Source: Planctomycetota bacterium
Lineage (GTDB): Bacteria > Planctomycetota > UBA1135 > UBA2386
Assembly (NCBI GenBank): GCA_965228735.1
Contig: OZ245838.1
Coordinates: forward strand, 1,056,001-1,120,000
Direction of reading: 5' to 3'
DNA: 64,000 nucleotides
The notes under the pieces: model-generated
The model's input: the letters and a program-made list of their open reading frames with translations, nothing else
What the model was told of the DNA's origin: nothing
The model's database searches: none
Position numbers and translations under genes: made by a program
Shown: in pieces, positions 19,116 to 31,700 of the stretch
Layout of the letters: every line of letters begins with the position of its first letter
How positions within the stretch are numbered: position 1 is the first letter of the stretch

Positions 19116-19132
19116 GTCGTCGTGGAACGCGA

Positions 19133-20236
19133 CTAGAAGAACAAGGTCACCGGGACCGACGTCGAGACACTCCCGCTCGCCGCGGCGCGGTTGCTGCTGT
19201 TCACGATGCGCATCGTCGGGATCGGGGTCGGGCCGGGTGGCTGCGTCACGATCGTGATCCCGTTGCTGAACGTGAGATCACCGGTGCCGAGGTGGGCGGT
19301 GCCGGCCTGCAGCCAGAGGCGATAGCCGGCGGGCAGCACCGGCAGGTTCTGCAGCATCGCGTCGTAGCGACCAGCCGTCGTCATCGTGCCGGGCATCGCG
19401 TACCAGGCGTCGTGCGTCGAGTAGAGCGTGCAGGCCGGCAAGCTCGGCCACGTCGGGTTGGTGCCCGGGCGCGTGCTGAGGCCGAGCCACGCGCGGGTCA
19501 GGCCCGTGCCGTCCTCGGGGATGCCGTTGCGCACGCTGAGGTCGATCTCCATCCCCGTGCCGATGTGCCACAGGGTCGCGTTCGCCGTCGTCGGTGAGGT
19601 CGCGTTCGGCGCGGGGCAGCCCTGGCCGAAGCGGTAACCCGGCTGCTCGGCCTCGCCGTTGCTGTTGGTCCGGTGGCCGTCGAGGTAGACGCTGAAGTTC
19701 TGGTCCTGGGCGCCGCCGACCGAGTTGCCGTAGACCGTGACGTCGACGCAGACCGTGCCGCCGCCCGCGGGCACGACGAACGGCGTCTGGTAGGGCACGA
19801 GGAAGTCGAACTGCGGGGCCGGATCGATCGCCGGCCGGGTGTTGGCCTGGAACGAGATCGGGGTGCGCGGCAGGACCACGACCGGATTGCTGCCCACGTT
19901 GCTCGCGAACGTGCCCGCGGCCTGGTCCGGCGCGTTCGGCGACATGGAGATCGTGACCTCGAGCTCGCTGACGAACGCCGGACTGTCGCCGTAGAGGCCC
20001 GCGGCGTCGCGCCGGTAGCCGTGGCCCGCGATCACGGTGCCGCCCGGGACGTCGGCGTGCAGCGTCTGCATGCGGCAATCGAAGCGGCCGAGCGGGAAAT
20101 GGGTGAACGTGGCGCCCTCGAGCGTGGCCCGGTCGGCCGGCGAGACGGTCGGGGTCTGCGCCGCGAGCGGCGGCAGGCTGCCGAAAACGAGGGTGGCGAG
20201 GAGCGAAAGACGGACGGTCGTGCTGGATTTGTTCAT
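19133..20236 (-). CDS. Secreted hypothetical protein with a variant of the shared C-terminal module
   Basis: Signal peptide ending PLAAQ; FGQGC...LPACTLY...PAGYRLWLQA...FSNGITIV. Confidence 0.78.
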   Translation of the reverse strand: MNKSSTTVRLSLLATLVFGSLPPLAAQTPTVSPADRATLEGATFTHFPLGRFDCRMQTLHADVPGGTVIAGHGYRRDAAGLYGDSPAFVSELEVTISMSPNAPDQAAGTFASNVGSNPVVVLPRTPISFQANTRPAIDPAPQFDFLVPYQTPFVVPAGGGTVCVDVTVYGNSVGGAQDQNFSVYLDGHRTNSNGEAEQPGYRFGQGCPAPNATSPTTANATLWHIGTGMEIDLSVRNGIPEDGTGLTRAWLGLSTRPGTNPTWPSLPACTLYSTHDAWYAMPGTMTTAGRYDAMLQNLPVLPAGYRLWLQAGTAHLGTGDLTFSNGITIVTQPPGPTPIPTMRIVNSSNRAAASGSVSTSVPVTLFF

Positions 20237-20407
20237 GTCGATGACTTGCCAAAAGGCCCGCGCGCATGCGGGCTCCAGCCGCTGTGGCTCGACGTGCGTC
20301 GGATCGCGCCAAAAAATGGAACCGCCGTTGTTGCACGCCTTCGCGTGCCGTCGCTATCGTGCTCGCCCGCTTGACCAGGCGGCGCGTTTGCGCTGGTCAG
20401 TGCAGCA

Positions 20408-20740
20408 TTGAGCAGACTCCATCGTCAGCTGACGCAGGATCCCGGGGCCCTCGGCGCCGGCCTCACCTTCGCGGCCTCGATGGCGCTGTTCGCCTTCGGC
20501 GGGCTCTGGCTCGACGACCAATTCGGCACCAAGCCGCTGTTGACCATCGTGATGGTCCTCCTCGGCCTGGTCGGAGGGACGCTGCATCTGATTCGGGTGC
20601 TCGCACCCAAGGCGTGGCCGTTCGGCAAGCGACCGGGATCGAGCGATCCCGACTCCGAACCCTCTCGTTCCCAGCGTCCAGCCAACCAGAAGACCGACGA
20701 CAGCGAGCCCGATTCCGACGCCGGAACGGGCAGCCCGTGA
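20408..20740 (+). CDS. AtpZ/AtpI-family (ATPase gene 1) membrane protein
   Basis: GLTFAASMALFAFGGLWLDDQFGTKPLLTIVMVLLGLVGG; first gene of the atp operon; TTG start. Confidence 0.82.
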   Translation: MSRLHRQLTQDPGALGAGLTFAASMALFAFGGLWLDDQFGTKPLLTIVMVLLGLVGGTLHLIRVLAPKAWPFGKRPGSSDPDSEPSRSQRPANQKTDDSEPDSDAGTGSP

Positions 20741-21393
20741 CCCGATCGCCGGTATTCGCCACCTCTCCAGTCCGACTCGCCTTGCCTGAGACCCCGACAG
20801 CTGCCGGCCCGGCCCCGCGCTTCGATGACGCGGCCCTGCGGAGCATGCTGCTGCGCGGCTTCGGCATCGGCGCGACGCTCGCGGTGCTCGCGGGCTTGAT
20901 CGGGTGGCTGCTCGAGCTGCCGCCGCCGGGGCAGGAGCGTTACCTGGCGTTCGGCATCGGCACCGCGATCTTCGCGGCGCTCGGGGCGCTGTGGTGGCAC
21001 GGTCGGTTCCTCGCGGCCGGCCCGAATGCGGGCCAGCCGATCGACGGCCGCCTGCTCGCCGGTCGCCTGCAGGGGCTGCTCGGCTCGGCGATGCTGGTCA
21101 AGCTCGGCCTGCTCGCGGTCGGCATGTTCACGCTGCATCGAAGCGGCGTGAAATTCGACGGCATCGCCACCTTTTGCATCGCGTTCGCGGCGGGATCGCT
21201 GCTCTGCCAGCTGACGACAGCGGGATACCTGTCGCGCCGATTGGGGAGCCCGAGCCGGGCCGCGGCGGCCACTCCGGTCGGCGGCGAGCACGCCGCGCCA
21301 GACCACTCCTCTTCCGTCTCCAAGACCCAGCTCGCTGAGGCACCCCGCACCGGGGCCGGCAGCGGCGAGTCGAGTCTGTCCGACCCTTCCTGA
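20737..21393 (+). CDS. ATP synthase I-like membrane protein (about 4 TMs)
   Basis: GTGA overlap with the preceding gene; four hydrophobic segments; position directly before atpB. Confidence 0.6.
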   Translation: MTRSPVFATSPVRLALPETPTAAGPAPRFDDAALRSMLLRGFGIGATLAVLAGLIGWLLELPPPGQERYLAFGIGTAIFAALGALWWHGRFLAAGPNAGQPIDGRLLAGRLQGLLGSAMLVKLGLLAVGMFTLHRSGVKFDGIATFCIAFAAGSLLCQLTTAGYLSRRLGSPSRAAAATPVGGEHAAPDHSSSVSKTQLAEAPRTGAGSGESSLSDPS

Positions 21394-21419
21394 TTCTCAA
21401 CCCGAGCTCCGCGACCCCT

Positions 21420-22382
21420 ATGCCTGCCGCGCGACTTCTGATCACTGCCTGGCTCGGCCTCTTGGCCTGCTTTGCGTCCGTGGATTCGCTCGTCGCGCAG
21501 ACCCCGGCGGGCGGTGAGGCGACGCAGGAACCGGCGGCGGCCGAGGCGGCGCACGACCACAAGTCGACGCTCGAGATGACGGTCGGCGAGATCTTCCAGT
21601 CGCAGTTCTCGCACAGCGTCCCGTACAAGATCTTCGAGCCGTCGATCTCGCCGGATCCGGCGGTCAACAGCTGGTTCACGATGTGGAACGTGAACCCGTG
21701 GCAGTTCTACTCGCTGATCATCCTCGCGCTGCTGTTCTTCCCGGTGGTGCTGAGCTTCCGGTCGGGACGGGCCAACTGGCTGACGCGCGTGCTGCGCGGC
21801 TTCTGCCTCTGGGTGCGCGACGACCTGGTCTACGCGGTGATGGGCAAGGAGGACGGCAAGAAGTTCGTGCCGTTCTTCATGTTCGTCTTCTTCTTCGTCG
21901 CGGTGCAGAGCTCGATCGGGCTGATCCCGTGGGGGAGCATCTACCTCGCGACGGGCACGCCGTACGTGACCGGCGCCTACGCGATCATCACGCTCGGCAT
22001 GATGATCGGCTTCGGCATCCAGCACAACGGCTTCATCGGCTTCTTCAAGGGCCTCGTGCCGCACGGCCTGCCCGTGCCGCTGATCCCGATCATGTTCCTG
22101 ATCGAGATCGTGTCGCTGCTCGTCAAGCCGTTCGCGCTCATGATTCGTCTGTTCGCGAACATGCTCGCCGGCCACCTCGTCATCGCGTCGTCGATCGGCC
22201 TCATCTTCCTCTTTACGAAGATGCTCGACGCATCCGCGCTGTCCTACGTCACGGCGCTGCCGTGCGTCGGGCTCGCGATCTTCATCTACATCATCAAGGC
22301 CTTCGTGGTCTTGCTGCAGGCCTACATCTTCACCCTCCTGAGCGTCACCTTCATCCAGCAGGCGATCCATCAGGAGCACTGA
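21420..22382 (+). CDS. atpB: F0 subunit a
   Basis: IEIVSLLVKPFALMIRLFANMLAGH, LQAYIFTLLS. Confidence 0.95.
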   Translation: MPAARLLITAWLGLLACFASVDSLVAQTPAGGEATQEPAAAEAAHDHKSTLEMTVGEIFQSQFSHSVPYKIFEPSISPDPAVNSWFTMWNVNPWQFYSLIILALLFFPVVLSFRSGRANWLTRVLRGFCLWVRDDLVYAVMGKEDGKKFVPFFMFVFFFVAVQSSIGLIPWGSIYLATGTPYVTGAYAIITLGMMIGFGIQHNGFIGFFKGLVPHGLPVPLIPIMFLIEIVSLLVKPFALMIRLFANMLAGHLVIASSIGLIFLFTKMLDASALSYVTALPCVGLAIFIYIIKAFVVLLQAYIFTLLSVTFIQQAIHQEH

Positions 22383-22433
22383 GTTTCATTCGCACCCATA
22401 ACCCCAACTTTCAGCGTTAGTCAGGAGAACCAC

Positions 22434-22724
22434 ATGCTCGCATTCTTCCAGCAGGATCCCGAGGCCGCGGCCAAGGCTCACGAAATCGCCAAGCTCGTCG
22501 CCGAGAACACGGGCCTGGGCATTGGCGCCGGTCTCGCGGCCGGTCTCGCGGCGGTCGGCGCCGGCATGGGTATCGGTCGCATCGGCGGCTCGGCCGGCGA
22601 AGGCATCGCGCGTCAGCCGGAAGCGGCGGACGACATCAAGGGCAACGCGCTCGTGCTCGCGGCGTTCGTCGAAGGTGTCGCGCTGTTCGCGGCCGTCATC
22701 GGCCTGCTGCTCGCGGTCAAGTAA
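22434..22724 (+). CDS. atpE: F0 subunit c (H+-type)
   Basis: GAGMGIGRIG, ARQPEA, FVEGVALF; no Na+-type Q...ES/T signature. Confidence 0.95.
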   Translation: MLAFFQQDPEAAAKAHEIAKLVAENTGLGIGAGLAAGLAAVGAGMGIGRIGGSAGEGIARQPEAADDIKGNALVLAAFVEGVALFAAVIGLLLAVK

Positions 22725-22847
22725 GCGGCACGCTCTGGTTGCCCAGAGCTGGTTGCTCCTAACCGTTCGCCGGTCGCGTAGCGGCCGGTGGACGCGTCGC
22801 CCCGAGCGGTTTCGGGGCGGCGATCGTCAACTTGCAGGAGACCCGAC

Positions 22848-23402
22848 GTGTACCTCTCTGATCTGATTCCCGTGTTCGTGGCCTCGGACGAAGTCCGACC
22901 GCTCGGCGCGTTGCTCGACTTCCAGGGCGGCGCCGTGATCTGGTCGTGGATCGCGTTCCTGGTCGGCCTCGTCTTCATGTGGAAGTTCGTCTACGGACCG
23001 ATCACGAAGGCGCTCGAGGAGCGTGACCAGAAGGTCGAGGACTCGATCAAGGCGGCCGAGGTCGCGCAGAAGGAAGCCGAGGCCCAGATGGCCGACGCCA
23101 AGGCCGAGCTCGAGAAGGCCCAGGCTGAGAGCCGACGCCTGGTCGAGCAGGCCACCCAGAACGCCGAGCGCCAGGCCGCCGAGGCCACGCGGGCGGCGGA
23201 GGAGAAGGCCAAGGCCGAGCTGCAGAAGGCGCGCGACGCGATCGCAGCCGAGAAGCGCAGCGCGATCCAGGAGATCCGCAGCGAGGCCGTGGCGCTGACG
23301 ATGGCGGCGACGACCAAGCTGCTGCAGACGAACGTCGACAACGAGCAGAACCGCAAGCTCGTGAGTGAGTTCGTCAGCGGTGCCGAGGGCAGCAACTCGT
23401 GA
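22848..23402 (+). CDS. atpF: F0 subunit b
   Basis: GTG start after AGGAG; TM followed by KFVYGPITKALEERDQKV and a coiled coil. Confidence 0.92.
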   Translation: MYLSDLIPVFVASDEVRPLGALLDFQGGAVIWSWIAFLVGLVFMWKFVYGPITKALEERDQKVEDSIKAAEVAQKEAEAQMADAKAELEKAQAESRRLVEQATQNAERQAAEATRAAEEKAKAELQKARDAIAAEKRSAIQEIRSEAVALTMAATTKLLQTNVDNEQNRKLVSEFVSGAEGSNS

Positions 23403-23947
23403 CGCTGCTCGCGAAGCGCTACGCCGCGGCGCTGTTCGCGCTCGCGGAGAAGGCCGGGGCGATCGATGCGATCGCTGCCGACCTGCTGGCGCTGCACGGT
23501 GAGTTCGAGGCCGACGGGCAGCCGCGTCGCGAGACGCGCGGGCTGCTCACGAGCCCGGACGTCGGCGCGCAGGAGCGCGGCGTCGTGCTCGAGAAGCTCG
23601 GCCACGGCCGCCACAAGCTCGTGCAGAACCTCATCGGCGTGCTGGAACACCGGCGCCGGCTCGAGGTGCTGTTCGACATCCATCCGGCCTTCCGCGCGCT
23701 CGTGCTGCAGCACGGCGGCGAGGTCGAGGGTGTGGTGGAGACGCCGCACCCGATCGAGAGCGGGCAGCTCGACGAGCTCACCGCGGTCGCCGGCAAGCTC
23801 ACCGGCAAGAAGGTTTCGCTGACGGTTCGCGAAGTCCCCGACCTGCTCGGTGGCGTTCGCCTGCGCGTCGGCAACGTGCTCTACGACGGCTCGATGAAGG
23901 CCGCCCTCGAGCAACTGCAGGGCCAGCTCATGCAGGCGTCGCTCTAG
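23399..23947 (+). CDS. atpH: F1 subunit delta
   Basis: AKRYAAALF, PDLLGGVRLRVGNVLYDGS. Confidence 0.93.
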   Translation: MTLLAKRYAAALFALAEKAGAIDAIAADLLALHGEFEADGQPRRETRGLLTSPDVGAQERGVVLEKLGHGRHKLVQNLIGVLEHRRRLEVLFDIHPAFRALVLQHGGEVEGVVETPHPIESGQLDELTAVAGKLTGKKVSLTVREVPDLLGGVRLRVGNVLYDGSMKAALEQLQGQLMQASL

Positions 23948-24015
23948 CGCCGCCGATCGCCATCGGCCGACCCACGACTGACATTCCACAGACAGCTACC
24001 CCTTACTGAATCGAC

Positions 24016-25557
<1,542 letters not shown>

Positions 25558-25613
25558 GCCGCGCGTTTCGATTCCGCCCGATCCAGCACCCGTAACCCGA
25601 AAGCTTCCTCCAG

Positions 25614-26492
25614 ATGGCGAACCTCAAGGAACTCCGCGGCCGCATCAAGTCGGTGGCCAGCATCGCGCAGATCACCGGCGCGATGGAGATGGTCGCGTCG
25701 ATGAAGCTGCGCAAGGTGCAGGCCAAGGCACAGAGCTTCCACCCGTACACCGAGGAGATCCGCCACATGATCGAGCGGCTCGCCGGGCACGTGGACGAGG
25801 ACGCCGAGCTGCCGCTGTTCCAGGCGCGCGAGGTCAAGACGGTCGGGGTCTTCGTGATCACGTCCGACCGCGGCCTCTGCGGGTCGTACAACACCAACGT
25901 CCTGTCGATGCTGAAGCGCCAGGTCGACGAGCTGGTGGCCGCGGGCAAGAAGGTCAAGTTCTGGGTCTACGGCCGCAAGGGCTACACCTGGCTGCAGCGG
26001 CGCGGGTTCGAGGTCGACCGGTTCTTCGTGGAGCCGCCCCTCGACAAGGCGGACTTCCAGGCCGCCAAGATCGTCGGCGACGAGCTCGTCAAGGCGTTCA
26101 GCGACGGCGAGATCGACGAGGTCCGCCTGCACTACACCCGGTTCGCTTCGGTCGCGCGCTTCGTGCCGACCGAGGAGCCGTTCCTGCCGATCACGTCGAT
26201 CGCCGTCGGCGACGACGCGGCGACCAAGTACGAACTCGACTTCCTGCTCGAGCCGGACGCATCGACGGTGTTCAACCGCCTGATGCCGCGCTACCTCGAG
26301 ACCGTGATCTTCGACGCGATGCTGCAGTCGCTCGCGAGCGAGCACGCCTCGCGCCGCATGGCGATGAAGGGCGCGACGGACGCCGCGGGGCGCATGAGCA
26401 AGGACCTCAAGAAGGTCTACAACCGCGCCCGCCAGGAAACGATCACCAAGGAGCTGCTCGACATCGTCGGCGGCGCCAACGCCGTCAGCTGA
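25614..26492 (+). CDS. atpG: F1 subunit gamma
   Basis: ITGAMEMVASMK, TSDRGLCGSYN, YNRARQETITKEL. Confidence 0.97.
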   Translation: MANLKELRGRIKSVASIAQITGAMEMVASMKLRKVQAKAQSFHPYTEEIRHMIERLAGHVDEDAELPLFQAREVKTVGVFVITSDRGLCGSYNTNVLSMLKRQVDELVAAGKKVKFWVYGRKGYTWLQRRGFEVDRFFVEPPLDKADFQAAKIVGDELVKAFSDGEIDEVRLHYTRFASVARFVPTEEPFLPITSIAVGDDAATKYELDFLLEPDASTVFNRLMPRYLETVIFDAMLQSLASEHASRRMAMKGATDAAGRMSKDLKKVYNRARQETITKELLDIVGGANAVS

Positions 26493-28010
<1,518 letters not shown>

Positions 28011-28067
28011 TCGCGACCGTCTCCGCAAGCCGCGATCGATCCACATACACCCGAGCCGAGCCCTCCG

Positions 28068-28502
28068 ATGGAACGCGAACTCCACCTGCGCATCGTCACC
28101 CCGGACCGCACGATCATCGACCGCAAGGTCAAGGAGGTCACGTTCCTGGGCGTCGACGGCAGCTACGGCGTGCTGCCGAACCACGCGCCGCTGATGACGG
28201 CCGTGTCGCAGGCCGGCACGGTGTCGATCAAGGAGACCGACGGCTCGACGAAGAACCTGTTTGCGAGCGACGGCTTCGCGCAGATGCAGAACAACGTGCT
28301 CACGCTCGTCTGCGAGGCCGGTGAGTTCGCGACCGAGATCGACCTCGAGCGGGTGAAGCAGGCCGAAGAGACCGCGCGCGCCAAGCTGGCCGGCCTCGAC
28401 CGCCTCAGCAGCGAGTTCATCAAGGCCGAGGCCCAGCTCAAGAAGGCGCTGGCCCGCGAGATGCTCGTCCGCAAGAGCGGCGGCACCGGCGGCCTCGCGT
28501 AG
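28068..28502 (+). CDS. atpC: F1 subunit epsilon
   Basis: LRIVTPDR, GVLPNHAPLMT. Confidence 0.95.
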   Translation: MERELHLRIVTPDRTIIDRKVKEVTFLGVDGSYGVLPNHAPLMTAVSQAGTVSIKETDGSTKNLFASDGFAQMQNNVLTLVCEAGEFATEIDLERVKQAEETARAKLAGLDRLSSEFIKAEAQLKKALAREMLVRKSGGTGGLA

Positions 28503-28553
28503 TCGGTCTCGCCTGTCGGCCCTACGCAGTCGGCCCCACGCGGTCGGGCCGCG

Positions 28554-29084
28554 TCAGCGCGGCCGTTCCGCGCCCTCACCCGCGTTGCCGGGCGGACCGC
28601 CCGGCGTCGACGTGTGGCCCAGCACGACGTGCCACCCGTCGGTGGTGCGTTCGAGCAGCAGCGTCATCGCGCCACCGTAGCGATGCACGGGGTTGCCTTC
28701 GACAGTGAGCTCGGTGGCGAAGCCGGACCGCAGCGACGCGACGTCATCCGCGACCATGACCACCTCGACGTCGGACACCTCGGTCACGAAGGTCATCCCC
28801 GCGTAGCGCGCCAGGCCGGCCGCGACCTCGGCTGGCGCGGAGTACGACAGCTGGCCGTCCGTGTACCACGCGAAGCGCTGGTCGGGACAGAACAGTTCCA
28901 CGACCCGTGCCGCGTCGCCGCTCGCGATCGTGGCGACGTAGTGATCGAGGAACGCCCGCGCGCTGGTAGCTCGTGCGGCCCGATCCACGGTCGGGGCGCC
29001 AGGCGAACACCCGGCGAGCAGCGCGCCGAGCAGGCTGGCGCCCACGCAACGCCGGATCGAACGACGTCGGGCGAGCCAGGTCAT
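28554..29084 (-). CDS. NTF2-like/SnoaL-like (DUF4440-type) lipoprotein
   Basis: Lipobox LAGC; YVATIASGD...GWHVVLGHTS; ATGA overlap with the VOC gene. Confidence 0.75.
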   Translation of the reverse strand: MTWLARRRSIRRCVGASLLGALLAGCSPGAPTVDRAARATSARAFLDHYVATIASGDAARVVELFCPDQRFAWYTDGQLSYSAPAEVAAGLARYAGMTFVTEVSDVEVVMVADDVASLRSGFATELTVEGNPVHRYGGAMTLLLERTTDGWHVVLGHTSTPGGPPGNAGEGAERPR

Positions 29085-29461
29085 CCGTTCACCCCGTCGA
29101 GATACTGCATCGCCCCAGCGACGTTGCCCTCGGTGTCGCGGAACATCACGAGCGTGCCGACCCCTTCGATGAGGAACGGCGCCATCGTGACCGTGCCGCC
29201 GTGCTCCGCGATCGCGGCTGCGATCGCCTCGACCTCGGTGACCGAGATCGAACACTCGTAGCCGATCATCCCGGCGCCGGTAACGGGCTCACGCCGCTTC
29301 TGCAGCGCGCCGTGCACCGCGGCGCCGGGACTCGTGTGGATCCGCCAGAACTCGGGCGGCCCCCAGGGCTCGAAGGTCCAGCCGAAGACGTTCTCGTAGA
29401 ACGCTTTCGCGCGCTGGCAGTCGTCGGCGTGGATGGCGAAGTGGGCGATGTCGTTGGGCAT
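29081..29461 (-). CDS. VOC (glyoxalase/bleomycin resistance) family protein
   Basis: IAHFAIHADD.RAKAFYENVFGW, FRDTEGN. Confidence 0.9.
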   Translation of the reverse strand: MPNDIAHFAIHADDCQRAKAFYENVFGWTFEPWGPPEFWRIHTSPGAAVHGALQKRREPVTGAGMIGYECSISVTEVEAIAAAIAEHGGTVTMAPFLIEGVGTLVMFRDTEGNVAGAMQYLDGVNG

Positions 29462-29516
29462 GCCGGGCACCCTAGCGACCTTTCGCGATGGCGCGCTTGC
29501 GCTATCCTGCCAAGAT

Positions 29517-30311
29517 ATGTCGGCTACACGCCAATCGAGGCCCAATGCGTGGCCGCACCCCGAGGCCGCGATCATCGCGCGTTCGCTGGCGCTCCGGTTG
29601 CCGCCGGACCATCGCCTGGAGCCGCACCGGCACGCGTGGGCGCAGGTGGTCTACGCAACCGAAGGGGTCATGACGGTCCACACCGAGGACGGCACGTGGG
29701 TCGTGCCCCCGCAGCGGGCCGCGTGGGTGCCGGGCGGGATGGAGCACGAGGTCGAAACGACCGGTCGGGTCCGGATGCGCACGGTCTACCTGCGCGGGGA
29801 CCGGACGACCGGATTGCCGGAGCATGGCGCGGTGCTCGCCGTGACGCCGCTGCTGCGCGAGCTGATCCTCGAGACGATCCGGCGCGGGATGTTGCGCGAA
29901 GACGTGCCCGAGGAGGCCCGGCTCGTCGACGTCCTCGTCGATCAGCTCCGCGAACTGCCGGCAGCACCGCTGCAGCTGGCGTGGCCGCGCGACCCGCGCG
30001 CTCGGGTCGTCGCCGAACGCGTAACTGCGGATCTCGCTGCCGCCGCACCTCTCACGATCCTGGCCGAAGGCAGCGGCGCGAGTGTGCGCACGTTGGAGCG
30101 GCTGTTTCGGCGCGAGACCGACATGACGTTTCACGGCTGGCGGCAGCAGGCCCGGCTCATGGAGGCCATGCGTCGGCTCGCCGCCGGCGAATCCGTGACC
30201 ACCACGGCGCTGGCGGTCGGTTTCCAGGGCGCGAGCGCGTTCATCGCGATGTTCCAACGTCTGCTCGGCAGCACCCCCGGTGCCTACTTCCGGCGCGATT
30301 CCGGGAGCTGA
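29517..30311 (+). CDS. AraC family regulator (cupin plus HTH, NimR-like)
   Basis: PHRHAWAQVVYA, WVVPPQRAAWVP, RTLERLFRRET, FIAMFQRLLGSTPG; divergent from the VOC gene. Confidence 0.92.
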   Translation: MSATRQSRPNAWPHPEAAIIARSLALRLPPDHRLEPHRHAWAQVVYATEGVMTVHTEDGTWVVPPQRAAWVPGGMEHEVETTGRVRMRTVYLRGDRTTGLPEHGAVLAVTPLLRELILETIRRGMLREDVPEEARLVDVLVDQLRELPAAPLQLAWPRDPRARVVAERVTADLAAAAPLTILAEGSGASVRTLERLFRRETDMTFHGWRQQARLMEAMRRLAAGESVTTTALAVGFQGASAFIAMFQRLLGSTPGAYFRRDSGS

Positions 30312-30428
30312 CGCCGACCACCGGGTTTTCTCCGGAATCGCCATGCGATTGGCCGATTGCTCCCGGCCCCGGTTTCCCGGGGGTTTCGGGACGCTACACT
30401 CGTCGGCCCGTTTTCGAACCCAATGCGC

Positions 30429-31646
30429 ATGAACCTCATTGCCACCATGGCGCTGGCCTTGGCCACGCCGTCCTTGTCCGCCCTCTCGCTGCCCCAGGAC
30501 CCGGCACCGCCGGAGCAGGGCATCCCGGAGTGCGATTCGATGCAGAAGACCGCGTCCGGGCTCGAGTACGGCGTCCTGAAGGCCGGCGAACCGACGGGCG
30601 AGGCCCCGAAGCCCGACGACATCGTCGTGGTGCACTACACGGGCTGGCTCACGGACGGCAAGAAGTTCGACTCGTCGCGCGATCGCGGCCAGCCGGCCAA
30701 ATTCGGCGTTACCGGCGTGATCCCCGGCTGGGTCGAGGGCCTGCAGCTCATGAAGCCGGGTGCGCGTTACAAGTTCGTGATCCCGGCCGATCTGGGCTAC
30801 GGCGAGCGCGCGACCGGCTCGATCCCGGCCAACAGCACCCTGGTCTTCGACGTCGAGCTCCTCGAGGTCATCCGCATGCCGGTCTACCCGCCGAAGCCCG
30901 AGAGCATCGAGACGAAGTCGACGAAGAGCGGCGTGAAGTTCCAGATCCTCGTTCCCGGCAAGGGCGAGAACTGCACGGAGAACGACGCCGTCCAGTTCCG
31001 CTACGCGGTGTGGCGATTGAAGCCGCAGACCGACGACGAGATGGACTCGGGTGCTGCGCGGGTCGTCATGGACCTGATGGACTGCTCGCAGAAGGCGGAT
31101 GACCGCAAGCTCTCCGGCAGCGCGGCCGCGATGCCGCTGCCGTGGATGGGGGAGCTCGTCAGCCACTTCAAGGACGGCACGAAGATGCGTATCGAGGTGC
31201 CGCAGAAGCTGCTCCCGCGATCCAACGCCGACACCGTCTGGACCCTCGAGCTCACGGGCCGGAAGACGATCAAGATGCCGAAGTTCCGCCAGCTCGACGC
31301 GGCCAAGATCGTCACGACCGACTCGGGGCTGCAGTACGAGGTCATCGAGTCGGGCGAGGGCGACAGCCCGAAGGCGACCGACACGGTCAAGGTCGACTAC
31401 ACGGGCTGGCTCACGGACGGCACGATGTTCGACAGCTCGCACGCGCGCGGCGAGTCGACCCAGTTCCCGCTCAACCGCGTGATTCGCGGTTGGACCGAAG
31501 GCCTGCAGCTGATGAAGCCGGGCGGCAAGTTCCTGTTCCAGATCCCGGGCGAACTGGCCTACGGCAAGCGCGGCTCGCCGCCGAAGATCCCGGCCGACGC
31601 GACACTGATCTTCCTCGTCGAGCTGCACGAAGTTCTCGGCCGCTGA
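30429..31646 (+). CDS. Exported multi-domain FKBP-type peptidyl-prolyl isomerase
   Basis: Two full FKBP domains (VHYTGWLTDGKKFDSS...VIPGWVEGL; VDYTGWLTDGTMFDSS...VIRGWTEGL) flank a degenerate one; signal peptide present. Confidence 0.93.
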   Translation: MNLIATMALALATPSLSALSLPQDPAPPEQGIPECDSMQKTASGLEYGVLKAGEPTGEAPKPDDIVVVHYTGWLTDGKKFDSSRDRGQPAKFGVTGVIPGWVEGLQLMKPGARYKFVIPADLGYGERATGSIPANSTLVFDVELLEVIRMPVYPPKPESIETKSTKSGVKFQILVPGKGENCTENDAVQFRYAVWRLKPQTDDEMDSGAARVVMDLMDCSQKADDRKLSGSAAAMPLPWMGELVSHFKDGTKMRIEVPQKLLPRSNADTVWTLELTGRKTIKMPKFRQLDAAKIVTTDSGLQYEVIESGEGDSPKATDTVKVDYTGWLTDGTMFDSSHARGESTQFPLNRVIRGWTEGLQLMKPGGKFLFQIPGELAYGKRGSPPKIPADATLIFLVELHEVLGR

Positions 31647-31700
31647 GTCGTCGGCCACCGAGTCGTCGGCTGCTGGGCGGCCGCGGCCGGCGAGGTCGCG

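Noticed and set aside
22434..22724. Na+-translocating or N-type ATPase
   Set aside because: Subunit c lacks the Q...ES/T Na+ ligands, and the gene order is the standard B-E-F-H-A-G-D-C.
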